A stretch of DNA of 60,697 nt, filler included. It is 3 parts of 3 records of this genome, joined end to end, with 100 filler letters (N's around TTAATTAATTAA, not from the genome) between each part and the next. Parts side by side here need not be neighbours in the genome. Positions count along the whole stretch, not along the records: positions 50,627 to 60,697 come from SRR20825006_1138; 2 more parts are not named here. One strand, 5' to 3'. The notes under the pieces are model-generated. The model ran no database searches, was not told where the DNA came from, and was given only the letters and a program-made list of their open reading frames with translations. The translations under genes were made by a program, and so were the position numbers. Below are positions 50,527 through 58,722 of this stretch, piece after piece; the first letter of the stretch is position 1, and each line of letters opens with the position of its first letter.

Positions 50527-50626
50527 NNNNNNNNNNNNNNNNNNNNNNNNNNNNNNNNNNNNNNNNNNNNTTAATTAATTAANNNNNNNNNNNNNNNNNN
50601 NNNNNNNNNNNNNNNNNNNNNNNNNN
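50527..50626. other. artificial contig linker N44-TTAATTAATTAA-N44
   Basis: Identical to the linker at 20059-20158; composition shifts again across it. Confidence 0.97.
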
Positions 50627-50763
50627 TGAGTACGCAAGGAGTTATTCAGAGGTTCCTTAACTTGTTATGGCTTTATTTATTTCGTCAGGTCAGCTCATCC
50701 CCGGACCTGAGTCACAAGACAATAGCATAAAAGGTAGCAAAAATAGGAGCCTGCGACTAATAG

Positions 50764-51354
50764 TTATCGGGCGTTAAGCGCCTGCTGCACAGGCTCCGCC
50801 CACCCCTGCGGAAGGTGGCCGAGATAAGGCGCCAGAAGGTCGGGCAGGAACCAACCCAGCACCAATAAGACCAACATGAACAAAAGAGCTAACACATTGA
50901 TAAACCAGCACAAACCGCCCACCAGCATGACCACGGCGCTGACCGGTGGATTCGGCGTTCCGAAGCGGTTCACCATGCTGCTGCCATCACCAAGATAGAG
51001 ATAAAGCTGGAATGGCAAATTGACCAACGGCACAAACGCCAGGATGACCCACCAGCCACTTTTCTCCATATCGTGCAAACGGCGCACCAGAAGTCCGAGC
51101 TGGTAGACCAACAGCGCCAACGACACCACTGCGGCGACGCCCCAACCCACCCACTGCGGCAACAGTTCAACGGATAACAACAGGAAAAGGGCAATCAGCA
51201 AGCCGGACAGCAGCGCAGCACCAAACTGGTAACACGCAAATCGCAGGCGGCCAAGCCGCTGCTGCAAGCTGAGCACAGAGAGAGACTCATAAACAATCAT
51301 GCCCTTGCCCTGATAACCGGGCTTGAGTGATCCACCCCCGTAGGCATCATTCAT
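50764..51354 (-). CDS. DUF805 family membrane protein
   Basis: RLGRLRF, VRRLHDMEKSGWW and NRFG. The ATG at 51354 overlaps the upstream stop. Confidence 0.85.
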   Translation of the reverse strand: MNDAYGGGSLKPGYQGKGMIVYESLSVLSLQQRLGRLRFACYQFGAALLSGLLIALFLLLSVELLPQWVGWGVAAVVSLALLVYQLGLLVRRLHDMEKSGWWVILAFVPLVNLPFQLYLYLGDGSSMVNRFGTPNPPVSAVVMLVGGLCWFINVLALLFMLVLLVLGWFLPDLLAPYLGHLPQGWAEPVQQALNAR

Positions 51355-51784
51355 TGTTTTCTCCCCCGGCATCACCCTGCTCATTACGCCACTGTTGGTA
51401 GCGCTCCAGATCCGTGCGGGTCAGTTTAAGCGTGCGCGATATCACAGCGACATCATCTATTAGCCCCAACGCCACAATCGGGTCAGGGATAGCGTCCAGC
51501 GGCATCAAAAAGTAAACCAGCGCGCCAGTGATCGTTAGCAAGGTACCCCAGGGAACCGTTCGGTATCGCCCGGTTACCCAATCCCGTAGCAACGATGCCA
51601 GCAAGACCAGGTCGGCAAAGGTATCTCCCAGCCTGGCCCTGAACTGGTCAGAACGATTGAACACCGCCTGGACCAGCCAGCGGGTGGCCGTGGCAGAACG
51701 AAGGATTCGCCCCGCCCGGCGCCGGGCCTCGACCCGGAACGGATTAACCGGCACTGATTTCCCTGAACAGCGCACGGTATTCAT
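51347..51784 (-). CDS. YkvA/DUF1232 family protein (start uncertain)
   Basis: GALVYFLMPLDAIPDPIVALGLIDDVAV. Confidence 0.85.
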   Translation of the reverse strand: MNTVRCSGKSVPVNPFRVEARRRAGRILRSATATRWLVQAVFNRSDQFRARLGDTFADLVLLASLLRDWVTGRYRTVPWGTLLTITGALVYFLMPLDAIPDPIVALGLIDDVAVISRTLKLTRTDLERYQQWRNEQGDAGGENNE

Positions 51785-52526
51785 CGGTAAGCTTGTGCCG
51801 TGGCTGCATATTGACCAGTGGTGTGGCTTTTTCGTGGGACTCTCGCATCACCACGCTGCTGGAGAGCTTGTTGGCAAGAATCGGCAACCCTTCTTCTTCG
51901 AGAGACGCCACCAACTCCTGTGGCAAACGCGCTCTGGGCTGATATTGATTCACCACAATGCCTTCCACCTGCAGGTCATCATTGTGGTCTTCCCGGGCTT
52001 CCTGAATATTTTCCAGTAGTGTGTACAGCGCCTTGCGGGAAAACGCATCGCAGTCGAAAGGAATCAGCACACGGTCGGCCGCAATTAGCGATGACAAGGT
52101 ATAGAAGTTGTACGCAGGCGGGGTATCCACAAAAATTTCGTCGAAATCCTTCGCCAGTGCTTTGAGTAAACCGCGCAATTTATAGATCTTGTGTTTGGAC
52201 TCAAGCATATGCTCGATTTCCCCCAGCTCGCCGTCAGACGGCAACACAAAGAGGTTTTCAAACGGCGTGGCATGAACATAGTCACGCGGGTCTTTTTCTT
52301 TCAACCGAAACGACAGGGTCTGTGCAAAGAAAGTCCCGATATTCGGCTTCGGACCGTGGCCGTTGCTGTACGCCGGCATGCCCAACAAATACTGGCTGGC
52401 GTTACATTGTGGATCCAGATCGACAACCAGGGTGCGCTTGCCTTCCGACGCGCTGATCGCGGCCAGATTGACCGTGATACTGGACTTCCCCACGCCCCCT
52501 TTCTGATTGAACACCACTCTACGCAT
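51744..52526 (-). CDS. ParA/Soj-family ATPase (orphan)
   Basis: Deviant Walker A NQKGGVGKS, VDLDPQCN and VDTPP. No parB adjacent. Confidence 0.9.
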   Translation of the reverse strand: MRRVVFNQKGGVGKSSITVNLAAISASEGKRTLVVDLDPQCNASQYLLGMPAYSNGHGPKPNIGTFFAQTLSFRLKEKDPRDYVHATPFENLFVLPSDGELGEIEHMLESKHKIYKLRGLLKALAKDFDEIFVDTPPAYNFYTLSSLIAADRVLIPFDCDAFSRKALYTLLENIQEAREDHNDDLQVEGIVVNQYQPRARLPQELVASLEEEGLPILANKLSSSVVMRESHEKATPLVNMQPRHKLTDEYRALFREISAG

Positions 52527-52628
52527 TCCTTGTTCTCCTTAAACAGCAAGTATTGGCGTTGCCGAATCATACACAGCCTGCAAAGCCACTCACAGTGCCA
52601 AAGCGACAGCCACGACTTGCCGCTCAGA

Positions 52629-52663
52629 CTGTCCACAGAAACTGTGGATAACCTGGTGAATAA
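52629..52663. promoter_or_regulatory. cluster of DnaA-box-like sites
   Basis: TGTGGATAA at 52643-52651 (perfect reverse TTATCCACA), CTGTCCACA at 52629-52637 and GGTGAATAA at 52655-52663. Confidence 0.65.
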
Positions 52664-52864
52664 CCGCTGAGCGGAATCGGCAAACCGGGGTGAACCAGAC
52701 GCAAGTTACGGTTCGATTAAAAAACACCCAGATTAAACGCTGGCACGAAATCTATTTACTTCCCCTTGCTGAGATTTACCAATGGAGCTAAAAGTAAACA
52801 CGATGTTTCGCTTTCCGGCGCATCACTCGCCAGCGTCGTTCACAGCTATTCTCAGGTGTTTTAT

Positions 52865-54208
52865 ATGTCTCAGCCATTTTGCGTGCCGCCAAGGACTAGC
52901 ACTCTCAAGGCTATCCCCGGTGATGCGGGGCTGCCCCTTATCGGCCATACACTGGGTTTCATGCGCGATCCGATCGGGTTAATGCGCAAACGCTACGATA
53001 CCTACGGTCCGGTATCCTGGAGCAGCGTATTTGGTTTACGCATGATCCAGATGCTCGGCCCTGACGCCAACCAGTTCGTCATGCTTAATCGGGGTGATCT
53101 GTTTTCTAACCATGATGGCTGGGATTATTTTATCGGCCGGTTTTTCCATCGCGGCATCATGTTGCTGGATTTCGAGGAGCACCGCTGGCATCGCAAGATC
53201 ATGCAGCAGGCCTTTAACAAGGACGTGCTGAAAGGCTATCTCGACCGCATGGGACCGCACATCGCCAGAGGAATTCAGGACTGGCATAGCATCAATCAAT
53301 TCAAGGTGCTTTCAGAGGTAAAGCAGTTGACCCTGGATCTGGCCACGGATGTGTTCATGGGCTATGAGCTGGGACCGGAGGCAGACTCCCTCAACAAGGC
53401 CTTCGTGGATACGGTCCGTGCTGGCACCGCCATCGTACGTACCAACGTGCCCGGGCTACGCTGGTCCAAAGGGCTTAAAGGTCGGCGCGTTCTGGAAGCG
53501 TTTTTCCGCAAGGAATTACCCGCCAAGCGTACCAGCCAGGAGTCGGACCTGTTCAGCGCGCTGTGCCATGCCAGCACCGAGGACGGTGAGCGATTCAGCG
53601 ACGATGATGTGGTCAACCATATGATATTTCTGATGATGGCTGCCCACGACACCACCACGATCACCCTCTCCACACTTTTCTACTATCTCGCCAAGAATCC
53701 CGAATGGCAGGAGCGGCTGCGCGAAGAGAGCCGTGCCTTGAACAAGCGGGAGCTGGAGTATGACGATCTACCCAAGCTGGAAGGTATCAGCCTGGCCATG
53801 AAGGAAGCCTTGCGGCTGTGCTCACCGGTACCCTCCCTGCCCCGCAAGACTGTCAAGGATGTGGAGTATGAGGGCTTCTTTATTCCCGCTGGCAGTTTTA
53901 TCAACGTGGTCCCCTATTTCACCCATTATATGGAGGAATATTGGCCAGACCCGGAGCGCTTCGACCCGGAACGATTCAGCCCTGAACGGCGTGAAGACAA
54001 GGTGCATCCCTATGCCTGGATGCCTTTTGGTGGCGGTGCCCACAAATGCATCGGCCTACACTTTGCAGACCTGCAAGTGAAAGCGGTTCTGCACCAGGTC
54101 TTGCTCAGCTATCGCTGGTCGGTACCCGCCGAATACGAAATGCCGGTGGATACCAGCAGCCTGCCGGTGCCTGCCGATGGTCTGCCGGTCAAACTGGAAA
54201 AAATATGA
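52865..54208 (+). CDS. cytochrome P450
   Basis: I-helix AAHDTT, ExxR (EALR), FDPERF and heme motif FGGGAHKCIG. ATG at 52865. Confidence 0.95.
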   Translation: MSQPFCVPPRTSTLKAIPGDAGLPLIGHTLGFMRDPIGLMRKRYDTYGPVSWSSVFGLRMIQMLGPDANQFVMLNRGDLFSNHDGWDYFIGRFFHRGIMLLDFEEHRWHRKIMQQAFNKDVLKGYLDRMGPHIARGIQDWHSINQFKVLSEVKQLTLDLATDVFMGYELGPEADSLNKAFVDTVRAGTAIVRTNVPGLRWSKGLKGRRVLEAFFRKELPAKRTSQESDLFSALCHASTEDGERFSDDDVVNHMIFLMMAAHDTTTITLSTLFYYLAKNPEWQERLREESRALNKRELEYDDLPKLEGISLAMKEALRLCSPVPSLPRKTVKDVEYEGFFIPAGSFINVVPYFTHYMEEYWPDPERFDPERFSPERREDKVHPYAWMPFGGGAHKCIGLHFADLQVKAVLHQVLLSYRWSVPAEYEMPVDTSSLPVPADGLPVKLEKI

Positions 54209-54212
54209 AGCA

Positions 54213-54287
54213 AGTTACGAGTTACGAGAGCCATTAGGCTTCAATGAACGTTTCTTTTCGAAACTCGTTTCTCGTCACTCGATACTC
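54213..54287. repeat. inverted arrays of degenerate 7-bp repeats
   Basis: AGTTACG x2 on the left; TCGAAAC-TCGTTTC-TCGTCAC-TCGATAC on the right (reverse-complement type). Confidence 0.6.
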
Positions 54288-54294
54288 ATTGCCA

Positions 54295-55659
54295 TCAAGA
54301 CGTAACCAGCACCGCCTGACGCATGGTTACCAGTTCTTCCGCCGCGGTTGGATGAATCCCCACTGTGGCATCAAAATCCGCCTTGGTGGCCCCCATCTTG
54401 ATCGCTACCGCGAACCCTTGCGTAATCTCTGCTGAGTCTTCACCGGCCATATGCAGACCAAGCACCTTGTCGGTGGCATCGTCCACAATCAGCTTGATCA
54501 GTGAGCGCTCCTGCTTGTCCCCCAAGGTGTAACGCATGGGCCGGAACGCACTTTTATACACCCGCACCGCCGGCACGCGGGCCAACGCCTGCTCCTGCGT
54601 CAAACCAACCGTACCAATATTGGGGTGGCTGAATACGGCAGTGGCAATGTTGTGATAATCCATCGCCGCCTCAGGCTTGTGCTCACCATAAAGCTGCGCC
54701 GCCAGCCACATGCCCTCCGCCAGTGCCACCGGCGTTAATTGCACGCGATCAATCACATCGCCAAGCGCATAGAGACCGTCAATGCTGGTAGCAAAGCCGT
54801 CATCAACCTTGATAGCGCCACCCTCTGTCATGGTCGGCGCAGCGCCTTCAGCGAACAAGTCATCCAGCTTGGGGATACGCCCGGTGGCATAGAAGACTTC
54901 ATCGAATACAGCCTGCTCACCGCTTTGATAGGTAACGTGTTTTTCGTCGTTGATCGCCTCAATACTGGCAACGTCCGCATTGAATTTCAGGGCTACGCCC
55001 TGCTCCTTCATCTGCTCGGCGATAAACTCACGAATGTCCTGATCGAAGCCACGCAGAAACAGATCGCCACGGTAGACCTGCGTCACCTGACAGCCCAGGC
55101 CGTGCAGGATGCCCGCAAACTCCGTGGCGATGTAGCCACCCCCCACCACGGCAACACGCTTGGGAAGCGAGTCCAGATAGAACAAGTCGTCGGAAATGCG
55201 CACATGCTCGCGGCCTGGCAAGTCCGGCACGAAGGGTTTGCCACCTACCGCCACCAGAATATGGCGCGCCGTCAGTACAGTTTCACCCACGGAAACCTTG
55301 CCGCCACCCAGTACCTGCCCGTGACCTTCAAAAATGGTCACCCCGGCCTGATTCAGGATCCGCTGGTAAATACCGTTCAGCCGGCTGATTTCACGACTTT
55401 TGTTATCACGCAGTGTGGGCCAGTCAAAATCCCAGCCTTTCACGGTGTAGCCATAATCCTCAGCCAATGCGAATTCCTGGGGGAAATGGCTGCCGTACGA
55501 AAACAGTTTCTTGGGCACGCAACCGACATTGACACAGGTGCCCCCGAAAAAACGCTCTTCGATAATCGCAACGTTGGCGCCATGGGAAGCAGCCATGCGT
55601 GCGGCGCGTACGCCACCTGAGCCGGCACCGATTACAACAAGATCAAATTCCGTGGTCAC
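54295..55659 (-). CDS. gor: glutathione-disulfide reductase
   Basis: GAGSGG, GGTCVNVGCVPKK, VGGGYIA, QLTPVA and IHPTAAEE. Confidence 0.95.
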   Translation of the reverse strand: MTTEFDLVVIGAGSGGVRAARMAASHGANVAIIEERFFGGTCVNVGCVPKKLFSYGSHFPQEFALAEDYGYTVKGWDFDWPTLRDNKSREISRLNGIYQRILNQAGVTIFEGHGQVLGGGKVSVGETVLTARHILVAVGGKPFVPDLPGREHVRISDDLFYLDSLPKRVAVVGGGYIATEFAGILHGLGCQVTQVYRGDLFLRGFDQDIREFIAEQMKEQGVALKFNADVASIEAINDEKHVTYQSGEQAVFDEVFYATGRIPKLDDLFAEGAAPTMTEGGAIKVDDGFATSIDGLYALGDVIDRVQLTPVALAEGMWLAAQLYGEHKPEAAMDYHNIATAVFSHPNIGTVGLTQEQALARVPAVRVYKSAFRPMRYTLGDKQERSLIKLIVDDATDKVLGLHMAGEDSAEITQGFAVAIKMGATKADFDATVGIHPTAAEELVTMRQAVLVTS

Positions 55660-55747
55660 TGAAAACTCCTCTTCGTTTTGTTCATTGTGATGACTGCGAC
55701 AATCAGCACAAACGCAGCCATTCGATAATGCTTATAGCTCCCGCCAA

Positions 55748-57322
55748 TTACGGACCGGTCCCAATGCCCTGCCAGCGTACAAACGGCTGCTTTTCACTGG
55801 GGCGACCCTCACGCAGATACAGGCCCGCTTCGACTTGCGGCCACAGTCGGTCCAGGGGAATCGACTCACCATTGCTGCTAAGCATACGAGCATGATACCG
55901 GCGTAACTGGCGAGGCTCGGTCACACCGCAAGAGTGGGCGATGGTTTCCACTTCCTTGACCAGATTGTTATGGAAGTACGCCACCCGCTGGGACTTTTCC
56001 GCCGGCACCAGCCCGCGCTGTAATCGCGGATTATGCGTGGTGACGCCAGTCGGGCAGGTATTACGGTTGCACTGCAGTGCCTGAATGCAACCCAGAGCAA
56101 ACATATAGCCCCGCGCGGACACGCAGAAATCCGCTCCCACGGCTATCGCCCAGGCTACCATGCTGGGAGTTATAAGCTTGCCCGACGCAATAATACGAAT
56201 ACGGTCTGTAAGGCCGTAGCCATCGCGAAGATCCACCAGTAACGGCAAGGATTCCGCCAGATACAAACCGACATCATCCATCAATGACATGGGGGCCGCA
56301 CCGGTACCGCCGTCACCACTGTCGATGGTGATAAAGTCTGGCGCCGACTCCAGACCACGCGCATGGATGGCCAGGAACAAGTCCTCCACCCACGCCCAGG
56401 CGCCGAGCACACATTTGATGCCAGTGGGCTTGCCGCTCACCTCGCGCACATGGGCAATCAAGTCCAGTAGATCTTCCGCGCTATGTACATCTGGCTGGCC
56501 ATTGGGGCTAATGGACGCCTGACCTGCCGGAATACCGCGAATGTCGGCGATTTCCTGGGTGACTTTAGCGGCGGGCAGAATACCGCCCTTGCCCGGTTTG
56601 GCGCCCTGGCTGAGCTTGATCTCGATCATCTTGACTTGTGGCCGCGCCGCAATTGCAGCAAGCCGTTCATCATTCAGGTTACCTTGCGCATCACGTACGC
56701 CGTAGCGAGCAGTGCCCACCTGAAAGACCACATCACAACCTCCTTCCAGGTGGTAAGGCGATAGCCCTCCTTCCCCGGTATTCATCCAGCAATTGGCAAT
56801 AGCTGCGCCGTGGGACAACGCCTGAACCGCCGGACGCGACAGGGCGCCAAAGCTCATACCGGAGACATTAAAGAAACTATGCGCCACATAGGGCTGATCA
56901 CAGTGCGGGCCAATCATCAAAGGCAGGGTTTTCGCCGCGTTCTTCTCCAGCGTCGGGTACGGGCAGTTCATGAAAATAACCCGTCCTGCCCCAATTTGCT
57001 TGGTAGACCCGAAAGCCATGGTGTTGCTCAGGTCCTTGGCGGCTCGGTAAACCCAGGCACGCTGCGCCCGGTTAAAGGGCAACTCCTCACGGTCCATGGC
57101 AAAGAAGTATTGTCGAAAAAACTCACCAAGAGTCTCGAAAAAGTAGCGAAAACGGCCGATGAGCGGGTAATTACGGCGAATGGCGTGACGCTTCTGAAAA
57201 AAACGGTCTTGTAGCCATAACCCAACAGCCACCAGCGTTAGCAGCAACACCAGCAGTAAAAAGCCCAGCTCCAGCCAGGCAATGGTGCTGTTCAACCAGG
57301 GTTCCAGGTACTCAGGAAACAT
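55748..57322 (-). CDS. FMN-binding glutamate synthase family protein with N-terminal TM segment
   Basis: SGMSFGALS, NTGEGG, EIKLSQGAKPGKGG, DGGTGAAP and CIQALQCNRNTCPTG. Confidence 0.9.
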   Translation of the reverse strand: MFPEYLEPWLNSTIAWLELGFLLLVLLLTLVAVGLWLQDRFFQKRHAIRRNYPLIGRFRYFFETLGEFFRQYFFAMDREELPFNRAQRAWVYRAAKDLSNTMAFGSTKQIGAGRVIFMNCPYPTLEKNAAKTLPLMIGPHCDQPYVAHSFFNVSGMSFGALSRPAVQALSHGAAIANCWMNTGEGGLSPYHLEGGCDVVFQVGTARYGVRDAQGNLNDERLAAIAARPQVKMIEIKLSQGAKPGKGGILPAAKVTQEIADIRGIPAGQASISPNGQPDVHSAEDLLDLIAHVREVSGKPTGIKCVLGAWAWVEDLFLAIHARGLESAPDFITIDSGDGGTGAAPMSLMDDVGLYLAESLPLLVDLRDGYGLTDRIRIIASGKLITPSMVAWAIAVGADFCVSARGYMFALGCIQALQCNRNTCPTGVTTHNPRLQRGLVPAEKSQRVAYFHNNLVKEVETIAHSCGVTEPRQLRRYHARMLSSNGESIPLDRLWPQVEAGLYLREGRPSEKQPFVRWQGIGTGP

Positions 57323-57611
57323 TCGCTCTCCTCGCTCGCTGTATTCGCAGCTGGGTGGCTCAAGGCGGAAATGTGCGCCAGCGCACTTGGGTCACCCCCA
57401 GCGCAATAGTATGATGTCAGTCCGTCGTTTTTGTTACGCTTGGCGGCCAGTGTGGTCAATTCGTCTGGTGCTGGCCAGAAAGAAAAAAGAATGGCGTTAT
57501 CATGGGGGTAACGCTTGGCCATAAGCCAGAACGACGGAAGAACAACAAATTAACGGTGTTCACGGTGCCCAACAAGCATCTTGCTACACCAGTGAAGGGG
57601 CACGGGGTTCA

Positions 57612-58268
57612 ATGCGGGTTTTATTGACCAAATCCTGGCTGTCGGGGGCTTTTGCGGCTGGCTGTATGCTAGTCGCCAGCAACAACGCACAGGCAGACAA
57701 TATCTACAAGTACCGCGCTGCGGATGGCACCATCCTGTTCACCGATCAAGCTCAAGAACAGGTGGGCCAACAATACACGCTGCTATCCGTTCGCAAAGGC
57801 TGGAGTTACACTCCGCGCGCCCTGTCCAACGCCCAGCGTGACCAGTACGACACCATCATTACCCAGGCGGCTACCCGTTTCCGTGTAGACCCTGCACTGG
57901 TCAAAGCCGTTATCCATGCGGAATCGCTGTTCAACCACAACGCCATTTCACGGGTTGGCGCCCAGGGTCTTATGCAGCTGATGCCCGAAACCGCGGCCTA
58001 CTTGAAAGTCAGTAACCCTTTCGATCCGCGTGCCAATATCACTGGCGGCACGCAGTTCATTGCCTACCTGAAGAACAAATTTTCTGATCTCGACCATATT
58101 CTCGCCGCCTACAATGCCGGTGAAGGCAATGTGCGGCGCTATGGCGGCATTCCGCCTTTCAAGGAAACCCAGGCTTACGTGAAGAAGGTTAAGCAGTTAC
58201 GCCAGCGCTACGCGCATCAATTTGTAGCCCAGCTGGGTGATGAAGAAACGGTTTTTGCGTCACGGTAA
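57612..58268 (+). CDS. lytic transglycosylase (SLT) with N-terminal DUF4124-like domain
   Basis: IYKYRAADGTILFTD; AVIHAES, GAQGLMQLMP, AAYNAG and PPFKETQAYV. Confidence 0.9.
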   Translation: MRVLLTKSWLSGAFAAGCMLVASNNAQADNIYKYRAADGTILFTDQAQEQVGQQYTLLSVRKGWSYTPRALSNAQRDQYDTIITQAATRFRVDPALVKAVIHAESLFNHNAISRVGAQGLMQLMPETAAYLKVSNPFDPRANITGGTQFIAYLKNKFSDLDHILAAYNAGEGNVRRYGGIPPFKETQAYVKKVKQLRQRYAHQFVAQLGDEETVFASR

Positions 58269-58337
58269 GCGCCTCACCACCCGCATTTTCGAACAAATGT
58301 CGGGTTACGCCTTTCAGGCAATGAGCCAAGCGCTCAA

Positions 58338-58634
58338 TCAAATCTCCACACCCAGCCACTGCCCATCATAATCAATTCGAAACTGCTCGAGCTGATAACT
58401 TGATGTCTGGCATTTACCGCTGCGCAGCGAAAACGTTAGTCCATGCCCCGGGCAACGCAATTGATCATTCATGACCGTACAACGGTCGAGCGGAAAGTCC
58501 GCATGGGGACAGCGTCGCTGCATCAGCCAGGTGCGACCGTCTTCATGAATCAATAGCAACTCCTTGCGACCCACGGTAACAGGCAGCCGCAGGCCGTCGT
58601 AAAGATCCATGATGCGGATAAGTCGATGAAACAT
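58338..58634 (-). CDS. Rieske [2Fe-2S] domain protein
   Basis: CPH...CPGHG motif. ATG at 58634 preferred because the longer start runs through the ppsA terminator. Confidence 0.85.
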   Translation of the reverse strand: MFHRLIRIMDLYDGLRLPVTVGRKELLLIHEDGRTWLMQRRCPHADFPLDRCTVMNDQLRCPGHGLTFSLRSGKCQTSSYQLEQFRIDYDGQWLGVEI

Positions 58635-58660
58635 TTGCCCCTCACCGGATTCCGTAACGT

Positions 58661-58686
58661 AAAAAGCCCGCAGAAGCGGGCTTTTT
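58661..58686 (-). terminator. intrinsic terminator after ppsA
   Basis: AAAAAGCCCGC-AGAA-GCGGGCTTTTT. Confidence 0.88.
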
Positions 58687-58722
58687 ACTGTGCTGCGAAG
58701 CAGCCGGTCGGTCAAGCCGACA

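Noticed and set aside
52741-52757. Sigma-54 promoter upstream of the P450 (TGGCACG)
   Set aside because: The -24 element matches but the -12 TTGC is absent (CTAT).
52620-52760. Chromosomal oriC
   Set aside because: Too few boxes, no clear AT-rich unwinding element and no oriC-typical flanking genes.
54739-55620. 293-aa plus-strand ORF (and the 270-aa ORF at 59392-60204)
   Set aside because: Antisense shadows of gor and ppsA.
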